NCBI GenBank assembly: GCA_964556895.1
Contig: CAZKYC010000010.1
Coordinates: forward strand, 3,883 to 67,882
DNA from: an uncultured bacterium
GTDB lineage: Bacteria; Hinthialibacterota; Hinthialibacteria; Hinthialibacterales; Hinthialibacteraceae
DNA length: 64,000 nucleotides
Direction of reading: 5' to 3'
Shown: positions 17,607 through 25,905 of the stretch, in pieces
How positions within the stretch are numbered: position 1 is the stretch's first letter
Layout: the number at the start of each line of letters is the position of its first letter
The notes under the pieces: generated by a model
Seen by the model: only the letters and a program-made list of their open reading frames with translations
Databases searched by the model: none
Told to the model about the DNA's origin: nothing
Program-made: the position numbers and the translations under genes

Positions 17607-18596
17607 TTAGGCTACGGCGCCAAGATTGGCCGGCGCCTGGTTTTGTAGTGAATGAAGCGCGGCGTCTGCCAGCCGCAAGGCGCCTAGCGCTTCTTCGCCG
17701 GAACAGGGGTTCTCGCCTACGCCTTCGAGATGCTGTTTAAAGCGCTCTAACATTTCATAATGAGCGGGTTTGATCACCGGGCTTTCGGTAAAGTAGCTGC
17801 GCCCGCCGCTTTTAAAATCAATCAGCGAAACCTGAAGCGCCCAGGCGTTTTGGTTGTCATATCGCAGCAGGCCTTTGTCGCCCGCCGCTTCGGCCTGTAA
17901 GCAAAACTGGCCGTAATGGCACCACGACGACTCGATGTGAGCAATAGCGCCGTTTGATAAGCGCAAGACAGCCAAAGCGTAATCGAGTTGTTTGGTATCA
18001 GCGGCGCCCTGCATACCGCGGCAAAATACGCGTTGAACAGGGCCAAAACACCAGTGCAAAAAATCAAACTCATGAATCATCGCGTCGAGAATGACCCCTC
18101 CGCTGGAAGCCGAGTTTGAATACCAGCCGCGCGGGTGAGGAGTGCGGCGCGACAGGCGGACCACGCCGGGCGTTCCGATGGCGCCGTCGGCGATGCGCTC
18201 GCGCATCATGGCGTACTCGCGATAGCCCCGAAGCGAGTGGCCGACGGTCAGGTGCAACCCTTTTTGGTTGGCGATTTTGACCAGTTCTTCGCCTTCGTTG
18301 GCGTCGCGGGCGAGCGGGGTTTCGACATACACATGCTTGCCTGCTTCAAGCGCGTTGCGAACATGAAAGAAATGAAACGGCGTCGGCGCGGCGATAATCA
18401 CGGCGTCGATGTCGCTGCGCTCTAACAGAGACTGGGCGTCGCCCACCGCCATCGCGTTTAGCGGCGCCGCGACTTTTTCGGCGCTGCCGGGATGAGTATC
18501 GGCGACAGCCGCAAGAGACGCCCCGGAGATATGCTGGACAGATTCTGCATGCGCGCATCCTACATTGCCCGCGCCAATCAAACCGAAACGGACCAT
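17607..18596 (-). CDS. Gfo/Idh/MocA family NAD(P)-dependent oxidoreductase
   Basis: VRFGLIGAGNVGCAHAESV Rossmann; ETPLARD in place of EKP; family-typical length of 329 aa. Confidence 0.8.
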   Translation of the reverse strand: MVRFGLIGAGNVGCAHAESVQHISGASLAAVADTHPGSAEKVAAPLNAMAVGDAQSLLERSDIDAVIIAAPTPFHFFHVRNALEAGKHVYVETPLARDANEGEELVKIANQKGLHLTVGHSLRGYREYAMMRERIADGAIGTPGVVRLSRRTPHPRGWYSNSASSGGVILDAMIHEFDFLHWCFGPVQRVFCRGMQGAADTKQLDYALAVLRLSNGAIAHIESSWCHYGQFCLQAEAAGDKGLLRYDNQNAWALQVSLIDFKSGGRSYFTESPVIKPAHYEMLERFKQHLEGVGENPCSGEEALGALRLADAALHSLQNQAPANLGAVA

Positions 18597-18662
18597 ACCA
18601 GCCGCTCCTTACTTCAGGATAATGTGGTTGTGAATAGACACGATGAATGTACGTCTATGATG

Positions 18663-20336
18663 CTACATTCGTTCGGGCGCATCAACCTTTAACAAGTCCA
18701 AGCCATTTCGCATGACCTGTCTCACCGCCAATACAAGGTGAAGACGGGAGGCGCTGCCCTCTGGGTCGCTTGCGTCTAATACGCGCTGGACCTGGTAGTA
18801 GCCATGAAAGGCTTTCGCCAGGTCTTCGAGATAGGCCGGGACCTGATGGAGCTCTAACTTTTCGGCGGCGTCCATCACCACCTGTGGAAAATAAAACAGC
18901 TTCAACAACAACAAGCGCTCGCGTTCAGCGGTCAACACGTCAGGGTTGTAATCACCCAAAGTAAACGGCACGCCCTTCTCGTCGGTCTTCTCTTGCATAC
19001 TGCAAGCGCGGGCGTGGACGTATTGTAAGTAATAGACGGGGTTCTCCATCGACTGTTGTTTGGCCAGATCCCAGTCAAACACCATTTGAGAGTTGTAACT
19101 GCGTTGGGCGAAGAAATAGCGCGCCACGTCAGCGCCCAGTTCGTCAACCATTTCAGCCAGGGTCATAAACTGGCCTTCACGGGTCGAGAGTTTGATTTTT
19201 TCGCCGCTGCGCTGAATACTCACCATTTGGTTTAACAGATAAATCAAGTTTGAGATGTCATAGTCAAACACGCTGAGCGCGATTTTCACCCGTTCGACCT
19301 GGCTGTGGTGGTCGTGGCCCATGACGTTAACCAGGCGGTCAAACCCACGCGAATATTTATCGCAGTGATAGGCGATATCCGGCGTCACATAGGTCGGCTC
19401 GCCGTCGCTTTTGACCAATACCCGGTCTTTGTCGTCGCCATGGCCGGTGGTCTTGAGCCAGACGGCGTTTTCTTTTTCATAGGTCGCGCCTCTGGCGGCG
19501 AGATCGTCTAAGGTCTTTTGTACAGCGCCGCTTTCGTGCAACGTATGCTCGCTAAATGTCGTATTGAAATCCACCCGCAATCGGCGCAGGTCGTCCATGA
19601 TGATCGACATCAATACATCGGCGGCGAATTCGGTAAACGGGCGCCAGTCGTCACAGTCGATCAGTTCATCGCCTTTGGCGCATTTCAGGCCCGCCGCGAT
19701 AATGCGGATATAGTCGCCTTTGTAGCCGTTCTCAGGCAGTTCGGCGTCGCGGCCAAACAGTTGCAGATAGCGCGTTCTCACCGAGCGGCCCAACATCTCC
19801 ATCTGGACGCCCGCGTCGTTGTAATAGTATTCACGGGTTACGTCATACCCGACCGCATTCAATAATTCCGCCGCGCCGTCGCCGACAATGGCGCCGCGCA
19901 CATGGCCGACATGAAGCGGCCCGGTCGGATTGGCGCTGACAAACTCAACCAGAGCGGTTTTCCCTTCATATTTTGTTGAACGGCCATACCCTGCCCCGTC
20001 TTTGATGATGAAGTTGAGCATGTCAATCAAAATTGAGTTTGAAACGGTGACGTTGATAAACCCTGGCCCGGCGATTTCAGCCTTGCCGACATGTTCGTCT
20101 TGAAAAAGCGCGTCTACAAAGGCTTGGGCCAACTCACGCGGGGGTTTTTTACAGGGCTTGGCCAATACCATCGCCGCGTTGGTTGACAGGTCGCCGTGGG
20201 CCGGGTCTTTGGTTGGTGTGAACTCAAGAGTTGGCCGTTGGACGTCAATATCTGCTGCTAGTTTCTCGGCTGTCTGGGCCAAAACGGCGTTGAGCCGTTG
20301 GGTTACATCATAATACACGCTCAAAAACCTCCACAC
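18663..20336 (-). CDS. argS: Arginine--tRNA ligase
   Basis: Class I aaRS HIGH motif (ANPTGPLHVGHVRGAIVGD). ArgS N-terminal add-domain pattern (PAHGDLSTNAAMVLAK) and a C-terminal anticodon-binding DALR-like region. 557 aa. Confidence 0.9.
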   Translation of the reverse strand: MWRFLSVYYDVTQRLNAVLAQTAEKLAADIDVQRPTLEFTPTKDPAHGDLSTNAAMVLAKPCKKPPRELAQAFVDALFQDEHVGKAEIAGPGFINVTVSNSILIDMLNFIIKDGAGYGRSTKYEGKTALVEFVSANPTGPLHVGHVRGAIVGDGAAELLNAVGYDVTREYYYNDAGVQMEMLGRSVRTRYLQLFGRDAELPENGYKGDYIRIIAAGLKCAKGDELIDCDDWRPFTEFAADVLMSIIMDDLRRLRVDFNTTFSEHTLHESGAVQKTLDDLAARGATYEKENAVWLKTTGHGDDKDRVLVKSDGEPTYVTPDIAYHCDKYSRGFDRLVNVMGHDHHSQVERVKIALSVFDYDISNLIYLLNQMVSIQRSGEKIKLSTREGQFMTLAEMVDELGADVARYFFAQRSYNSQMVFDWDLAKQQSMENPVYYLQYVHARACSMQEKTDEKGVPFTLGDYNPDVLTAERERLLLLKLFYFPQVVMDAAEKLELHQVPAYLEDLAKAFHGYYQVQRVLDASDPEGSASRLHLVLAVRQVMRNGLDLLKVDAPERM

Positions 20337-23055
20337 TCACCGGGCCAATGATTCCCGCCGGACGAGTCTCGACAGAACTACGGTTATGGTTCTGATTGGC
20401 GACATGAAATACCAACAAATTTTGACCGGCTTTGACGGTCCCGGTGATATCAAGGCGCCAGGGCGCGCGCCAACACTTGCCGGCGCGTTCTCCGTTGATG
20501 TATACATCCACCGCAGAACAGACGTCAGTGAATGATAACACCATTCGGCGGTTGACATGCTCTTCGGGCACAACGACATTCTGGCGATAGACGCCGACGC
20601 CCGCGTAAAACAGATAGCCATTTTCAGCCCACGACTCAGCGGGCATCTTGAGCGAAGGCGCCGTCAAAAAGAGTTCGGCGTCTTGTTCGATAATCGAAAA
20701 GTCGCCGTGCAGCCAACACGGGCCGGGCGCGGGGAGAGGTTCGCCCCATTTCACGCTGCGCAGCACTTCCAGGGTGTTTCGGCCCAACACCAGAAATGGC
20801 TCAATGGGAATTTTGGCCGCGCCGCAATCGACATCAAAATCAACATAGCCGCCGTTAATGGTGACCACATCGTTTATATCCAACCCATACGCGACCAATA
20901 TGAAAGGGTCAAACAACTCCAAGAGTTGAAACCACGCGGTGTAGCGGTGTTCCATCATACATTCGCCGGGACGCGCGGTCGGGTCGGCGGTTTGTGAGAT
21001 CATCCATTCATGAATGAGCAAGTCATTGCCGTTCTGGGCGTGGAAAAAGAACGGTTGCGGCGCCTCGATCGCGTCGCGTTTGGTTTGGGGCGGCTCGACC
21101 AAAATGGATGAATCTGGCTCGGTGTTACAGGCGGCAAGAAACAGCGAGCCATTGACTTCGACCTCGACGGGCAGCGCAGCGTTTGCTTGGGTTTCATGGA
21201 TGATTTTCCCTGTCGCCAGATCAACGGCGTAGGCGGTTTGAGCAAAGTCAGGGACGACAACCGATTCAAGAAAACGGTCAGTAGAAGAATTAGACAACAA
21301 GTAGGCCGGGCCTTCGCTCGACTCAAACGCGCGAATTCGCAGCCATGGCTTGCCTGGCGTCCAGGTGAAGATGGGGCGCACCCATTCTTGTAAGGTTGAC
21401 AGCCAGTCGTCCGCAGCGAATTTAAGCGTATCGCATTCATCCATCATCTGTCGAATTCGAGGTTCACTCGATTCACACGCCCCTGTTTGAGTAACAAGGG
21501 CTGGAAACCGTTGGGCAAACAATACCAAACCACCCTGTATGGCCAACTCTTCGATTCGCTGAATGACCGTCTCTGAAAGCAGCACCGCGTTGGCGATCAA
21601 AAAGACGGTATACCGTCGTGTTGAGCCGTCAGGCGCCCTCAATACGAAAAAGCCTTCTTCATCGACTTGAAGCGCATCTAATTTAGAATCAGGCATCCAA
21701 TCAAATGGATACCCTGACGACTGGAGCGCGTCTTCGGTGTCGCGCAGCGTTTGTTCCCACTGGGCGGCTAGAAAGCGGGCATCTGGTTCCAGCGAAAACG
21801 CCGACTGGGCTAAGTTGAATGGGTCAAGGGCCAATACAGAGATTTCCGCCGAACCTGATTGGGCGATAGCGGCGATGCGCGCGATGTATTGATTGAGTTG
21901 GTCGACCCAGGGTTCTAACGGCTCATCGGCGCCATCGGCCGACTCGCTGTTCTGGAGTGGAGTTGCGACCAGGCCAGGATAAAAATTGACCAAACGGCGG
22001 GCGCCGTGTAGGTATTCGCGGTCGGCGACAGCCGCCAAATCGGCCAATGACTCATAGTCGTCATCCCCAAGGACGCCCCAGCCTGGCCCGCCGTTGAGCC
22101 AATCCAACACTGGGGCTGAGGGCGGCAGTGGAGAACTGGGGAACGGGGGGGCGTTCCACTCAGACAGCCCGGTGAACGTCCAGTGCATTCTCTCAGAAAT
22201 TTCCGCCAAAGGGCCAAGTAACGCATCGCGCCATAGTTTTTGCAGCGCGCTGCGATAGCGCCAACGGTGGGCCTCGCCGCCAGGATCGTCAACAAATAAA
22301 AACGGCAGCGACTCAAGAGCGTCTGACTGAAACAACAATGTAAACGCGTCAGTAAATTCTTTTCCCCACGGCGCTGTCATTGGCCCGCTGAAATCAACGT
22401 CTTCAGGCGGCAGGTAGACGCCGTCAACCAACGAGCGTTCTTCTCGAAATATGTCCGCCAACAAGCCAAAGGTCTCATGGTAAAGCGCCCGAATGGCGTC
22501 GGCGCTAAATGGGTTAATTCGGTCTGCGGCGTCAAACGTCTCAAACGCCCAAAAGCGGTCAACCGCAAGCGGGACCATGCCCTCAACCACGCCGCCGCGG
22601 TGGAGTTGTGAGATATCCATAGCGCGGCCGCCTTCGGTCAAACCGAGAACAAGGGCGTTTTCGGGGCGGTGGTCGAGTTGCCACCGAACTGATTCGCCAG
22701 ACAACACGTCCTTACGGTCGATATATTGGACCAGCGGCAAGCGGTGTTGCGGTTCAGATAAGGCCAACTCCCTCGCAATAGAGCCATGGATGAATAACGG
22801 GCCTCCATGAATCCATACGCTCAGCCCGAGTTCGCGGGCGCGTTGCATGGCGGGAAAATAAAAGCCGGGCGCTTGTTGTTCAAGCAAGAGAACTTCCACA
22901 CTGATGTCATCCAACAACACTCCACCCCATCCGCGGTCGCGCAACAAGCGCAATTGGCGGTCAACGTCAGCCGGCTCCCAATTGGGGTTCGGCGACCAGA
23001 TGGTAATAGGCCGCGCATTGGGCGGCGGTCGGTTTATCGATTCAAGCCAGTTCAT
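20308..23055 (-). CDS. Large glycoside-hydrolase-like protein with a C-terminal galactose-binding-like (GH2-N-type) jelly-roll domain
   Basis: 915 aa. The last roughly 150 aa (MVLSFTDVCSAVDVYINGERAGKCWRAPWRLDITGTVKAGQNLLVFHVANQ) follow the GH2 sugar-binding domain pattern (VxVNGxxxGxxxxPfxxDITxxLKxGxNxLxVxV). No family assignment is possible for the rest. Its 3' end overlaps the argS start by 29 nt. Confidence 0.5.
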   Translation of the reverse strand: MNWLESINRPPPNARPITIWSPNPNWEPADVDRQLRLLRDRGWGGVLLDDISVEVLLLEQQAPGFYFPAMQRARELGLSVWIHGGPLFIHGSIARELALSEPQHRLPLVQYIDRKDVLSGESVRWQLDHRPENALVLGLTEGGRAMDISQLHRGGVVEGMVPLAVDRFWAFETFDAADRINPFSADAIRALYHETFGLLADIFREERSLVDGVYLPPEDVDFSGPMTAPWGKEFTDAFTLLFQSDALESLPFLFVDDPGGEAHRWRYRSALQKLWRDALLGPLAEISERMHWTFTGLSEWNAPPFPSSPLPPSAPVLDWLNGGPGWGVLGDDDYESLADLAAVADREYLHGARRLVNFYPGLVATPLQNSESADGADEPLEPWVDQLNQYIARIAAIAQSGSAEISVLALDPFNLAQSAFSLEPDARFLAAQWEQTLRDTEDALQSSGYPFDWMPDSKLDALQVDEEGFFVLRAPDGSTRRYTVFLIANAVLLSETVIQRIEELAIQGGLVLFAQRFPALVTQTGACESSEPRIRQMMDECDTLKFAADDWLSTLQEWVRPIFTWTPGKPWLRIRAFESSEGPAYLLSNSSTDRFLESVVVPDFAQTAYAVDLATGKIIHETQANAALPVEVEVNGSLFLAACNTEPDSSILVEPPQTKRDAIEAPQPFFFHAQNGNDLLIHEWMISQTADPTARPGECMMEHRYTAWFQLLELFDPFILVAYGLDINDVVTINGGYVDFDVDCGAAKIPIEPFLVLGRNTLEVLRSVKWGEPLPAPGPCWLHGDFSIIEQDAELFLTAPSLKMPAESWAENGYLFYAGVGVYRQNVVVPEEHVNRRMVLSFTDVCSAVDVYINGERAGKCWRAPWRLDITGTVKAGQNLLVFHVANQNHNRSSVETRPAGIIGPVSVEVFERVL

Positions 23056-23315
23056 TTTGTAGAATTTATCCAGTATTTAATTAACGAACCATAGAGCGTA
23101 TGGTATCAGCGGGTGCAATCTGACCGAAGGGTGAAAAATAGAGTTCGTTAACGGTATCCAGAATTGTGTGCGGATTGAGTTTTTATAACTGTATCTATCG
23201 CTGTCCGCTGCGGCGGATTCGGGCGCGCTTTACGCACATTTTTTTGACAAACGCTCTAATTCAATTTGAGAAATAGGATCCAAAGCCCAGATGTGCCTTA
23301 ATAAAGGACGCTCCG

Positions 23316-23759
23316 CTACAACAGAAGTTCTAACAACAAAGCGTCTTCGACCGGGTCTTCATAATACCGCTGGCGGCGGCCTGTTTGAGAAAAGCCCAAC
23401 CCGTGATAAAACGCCCGCGCAGATTCATTTGACTCGCGCACTTCAAGAACGGCGCGCTGGGCCTGTTGTTGTCTGCCAATCTGGATCGCGTCGTTTATCA
23501 GCTGTGTCGCGATTCGCTGGCGGCGATGGTCAGGATGAATGGCGATATTGGTGATTTGAATTTCATCGTGTGGAAACATCCAGAACATGCAATAGCCGAC
23601 CAATGTCGTATCAACTTTCGCCCCACGAAGGTAATTGAATTTGTCGACCTGAAATTCGGCTTCGAAAAACTCACGCTTCCAGGGGTCGCCGAATGACTGG
23701 TTTTCAATGGCGCAGATTGCATCCAGGTCGTCAGGCGACAAGTCGACGAGTTGAATCAT
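23316..23759 (-). CDS. rimI: Ribosomal-protein-alanine N-acetyltransferase (GNAT)
   Basis: GNAT motif A (IAIHPDHRRQRIATQLINDAI); RimI-like N-terminus (LSPDDLDAICAIENQSFGDPW); 4-nt overlap with tsaB; conserved tsaE-tsaB-rimI neighbourhood. Confidence 0.8.
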   Translation of the reverse strand: MIQLVDLSPDDLDAICAIENQSFGDPWKREFFEAEFQVDKFNYLRGAKVDTTLVGYCMFWMFPHDEIQITNIAIHPDHRRQRIATQLINDAIQIGRQQQAQRAVLEVRESNESARAFYHGLGFSQTGRRQRYYEDPVEDALLLELLL

Positions 23760-24460
23760 GATGATGATTGTTGGCGGCGCTGTTTCCAGTTCACTTCCGC
23801 CTGTGATGCGGCGATGTAATGAGGCAATAGGTCTTGAGCCGATATCGCCCCGCCTTGCTGGAGTTTCTTCATTCCTAATTCAGCCAACACCACGGGGTTT
23901 GGTGTGTTTAGCGTATCAGGCGGTTGGATACACTCATCGCCCAACACGCCAAGCAGCATCTCACGATACTCAGGCAACGCGGGGCCATAGATGATGGTCT
24001 GTTCTTGAATCTTGGAAATCAGTTCATCTATTTCAATGGAGTATTCATCGCTTGTGGGGTTCGGCTGTTTGTCATCCCAGCGAAAGAAACGCGTATAGAT
24101 CCATCCCTTGCGGGCGGATATAATGGGGCAGAGTTGATACTGCGAAAACGGCGCCTGCCACGCCAACAGATCAAGCGTGGGGAGCGCTACACAGGGCAGC
24201 CCTCGCGCTGACGCCAGCCCCTGAGCGGAGGCGACGCCGACCCGCAGTCCAGTGAACGAACCAGGCCCGACGCTGCATGCAACCGCGTCTATCTCGTTCA
24301 CACGAATGCCGCATCGACTCAATAGCGCATCTAACGCGGGCATTAGCCCTTCGCTGTGAGTCAGGTCAACGCTCACGCTGATCGCGCCTAGCAGGCGATT
24401 GTCATCGCGCAACGCAACCCCGCCGGTTGAAGTGGATGTATCAATCGCGAGTACTCGCAT
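23756..24460 (-). CDS. tsaB: tRNA threonylcarbamoyladenosine biosynthesis protein TsaB (YeaZ)
   Basis: Start set at the internal ATG (MRVLAIDTSTSTGGVALRDD, the TsaB/YeaZ N-terminus). The ORF-track start at 24613 would overlap the upstream fusion gene by about 150 nt. ASKH-fold motifs VGPGSFTGLRVG are present. Confidence 0.8.
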   Translation of the reverse strand: MRVLAIDTSTSTGGVALRDDNRLLGAISVSVDLTHSEGLMPALDALLSRCGIRVNEIDAVACSVGPGSFTGLRVGVASAQGLASARGLPCVALPTLDLLAWQAPFSQYQLCPIISARKGWIYTRFFRWDDKQPNPTSDEYSIEIDELISKIQEQTIIYGPALPEYREMLLGVLGDECIQPPDTLNTPNPVVLAELGMKKLQQGGAISAQDLLPHYIAASQAEVNWKQRRQQSSS

Positions 24461-24464
24461 GTGG

Positions 24465-25520
24465 TTACTCCGCCTTCGATCTTTTCGCCGTAAACCACGT
24501 CCAGCGGCGCGTGGTTTCTGAGGCCGTTTCGCTGAAGCAATGCAGAGTTGTTTTGGGCAGCAGCCCGCCCAAGCGTTCCGCCCACTCGACCGCAACAATG
24601 GCGTCTGATTCAAACAGCTGCGCCCAATATTCGGTTTCGTGTTCAGGCACGCGTTCTAATCGATAGGCGTCGGCGTGAATTAACGCCTGGTCGCCATGGT
24701 ATTCACGGCAATAGACGAATGTAGGGCTGGCGACCGCCTCGCGCGTATGTAGAGCCTGCGCCAGACCGTTTACAAAACAGGTCTTGCCCGCCCCCAGGTC
24801 GCCATGCAGCGCAATCACTCGATGCTCGCCAGCCGTGATGATTGACTTGGCCAATTGATGGGTTTCATCTTCACTATTACTGATAGATTCATAAAGGGTC
24901 GGTTGGTACACTGCGTCATCGGTAATGACCAGATCAACCGGCTGGTCATGCGGCTCGGTGTTGATTGCATGGACCACCTGAGACTCAAAGGCGAGGCCGA
25001 TCACAACAACATTATTTCGTTTTTGGTCTAACAGGCGGTCATAATACCCCCCGCCGAAGCCGACCCGCCCGCCAAAGATATCGAACGCGACGCCTGGCGC
25101 GAGTATGACGTCAGCCTGGTTGATGTTGACAGGTTCGCCCGGTTGCCCATCCGGCTCGCGGATTCCATACGCGCCTTTGACATGTAGTGAGTCAAGAGAT
25201 TCGACCGGATACAACTCGATTTTGTTGTCTCTCGTCACAGGATATACCAGCTTCACGCCATTGGTTAACAAGGCTTGAGCGAGGCTGTCGGTAGATACTT
25301 CTTCGTTGGTTGAAGCATAGACCGCAACGGTTTTCGCCAATTTGACTTCAGGCAAATCGAGAACCCGCTGTGTGATTCGGCTGCTTCGGTAGGCGGCCAG
25401 GCGGCTATCTTGGGCGCGGCGTTGCGCGCGCATTTGCTGTCGCGCTTTGGCCTTGTCTAGCCAATCGGGAAACGCCCATTGCTTGAACTTTATGAGTTTC
25501 TGGTTGGTCTCAACATTCAT
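24465..25520 (-). CDS. Fusion protein: 5-formyltetrahydrofolate cyclo-ligase (N-terminal) plus tRNA t6A ATPase TsaE/YjeE (C-terminal)
   Basis: The N-terminal half carries the MTHFS motifs (VILAPGVAFDIFGGRVGFGGGYYDRLL; VAVYASTNEEVSTDSL). The C-terminal half carries the TsaE P-loop (IALHGDLGAGKTCFVNGLAQAL) and the downstream TsaE pattern (SPTFVYCREY...HADAYRL). It is a single uninterrupted 351-aa ORF. Confidence 0.75.
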   Translation of the reverse strand: MNVETNQKLIKFKQWAFPDWLDKAKARQQMRAQRRAQDSRLAAYRSSRITQRVLDLPEVKLAKTVAVYASTNEEVSTDSLAQALLTNGVKLVYPVTRDNKIELYPVESLDSLHVKGAYGIREPDGQPGEPVNINQADVILAPGVAFDIFGGRVGFGGGYYDRLLDQKRNNVVVIGLAFESQVVHAINTEPHDQPVDLVITDDAVYQPTLYESISNSEDETHQLAKSIITAGEHRVIALHGDLGAGKTCFVNGLAQALHTREAVASPTFVYCREYHGDQALIHADAYRLERVPEHETEYWAQLFESDAIVAVEWAERLGGLLPKTTLHCFSETASETTRRWTWFTAKRSKAE

Positions 25521-25620
25521 ACGGTTTAGAAAGATATATCCGAAATACGAGTGATGAAATTGTATCGAATCTTGTTGTGATTTGGAATCCAGCCGATCGA
25601 TTCATAATCCCGACGAAATA

Positions 25621-25655
25621 GCAGAAGCCATCTCAAACATAGAGATGGCTTTTTT
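25621..25655. repeat. Back-to-back inverted copies of the GAGATGGCTT end motif forming a hairpin followed by a T-run
   Basis: GCAGAAGCCATCTCAAA-CAT-AGAGATGGCTTTTTT. The arms AAGCCATCTC and GAGATGGCTT are reverse complements with a 7-nt loop, then a T6 run. A third copy, CGAGATGGCTTCTAGATTTTTT, lies at 25721-25745. The 386-bp region sits between divergent genes. Confidence 0.5.
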
Positions 25656-25905
25656 ATCAAGTCTCGATGGATCAATAATTAAAAACTCAATATAGGCAAG
25701 GGTGCAAAACGACACTATATTCGAGATGGCTTCTAGATTTTTTCATTAAAAAAAACGGTTTTATGACGAAGGGTTTACCCAAGCCTGTATTCCTAATCGT
25801 TTTTTCATTCAAAGACATTTTGCCTTATAGCCATTTTTTGACTTGGAGAATTGATAGCGTCAAAGTATTCTTAGTAGCGCGATAACGCGCCAACGCAGTT
25901 ACTTT

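Noticed and set aside
18597-18662. AT-rich 7-bp hairpin (GAATGTA...TACATTC) between argS and the downstream oxidoreductase gene
   Set aside because: On the transcribed (minus) strand it is not followed by a U-run and the stem is weak; could be incidental.
23056-23315. 260-bp intergenic region between the 915-aa gene and rimI inspected for a tRNA or small RNA gene
   Set aside because: No T-loop (GGTTCGAATCC-like), no cloverleaf-compatible inverted repeats and no convincing terminator hairpin were found; it is most likely just promoter/UTR DNA.
24461-24613. Long N-terminal extension of tsaB (ORF-track TTG start at 24613) overlapping the MTHFS-TsaE fusion gene by about 150 nt
   Set aside because: The extension is Arg/Pro-rich with no homology. 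The internal ATG at 24460 gives the canonical TsaB N-terminus MRVLAIDTS and removes the overlap.
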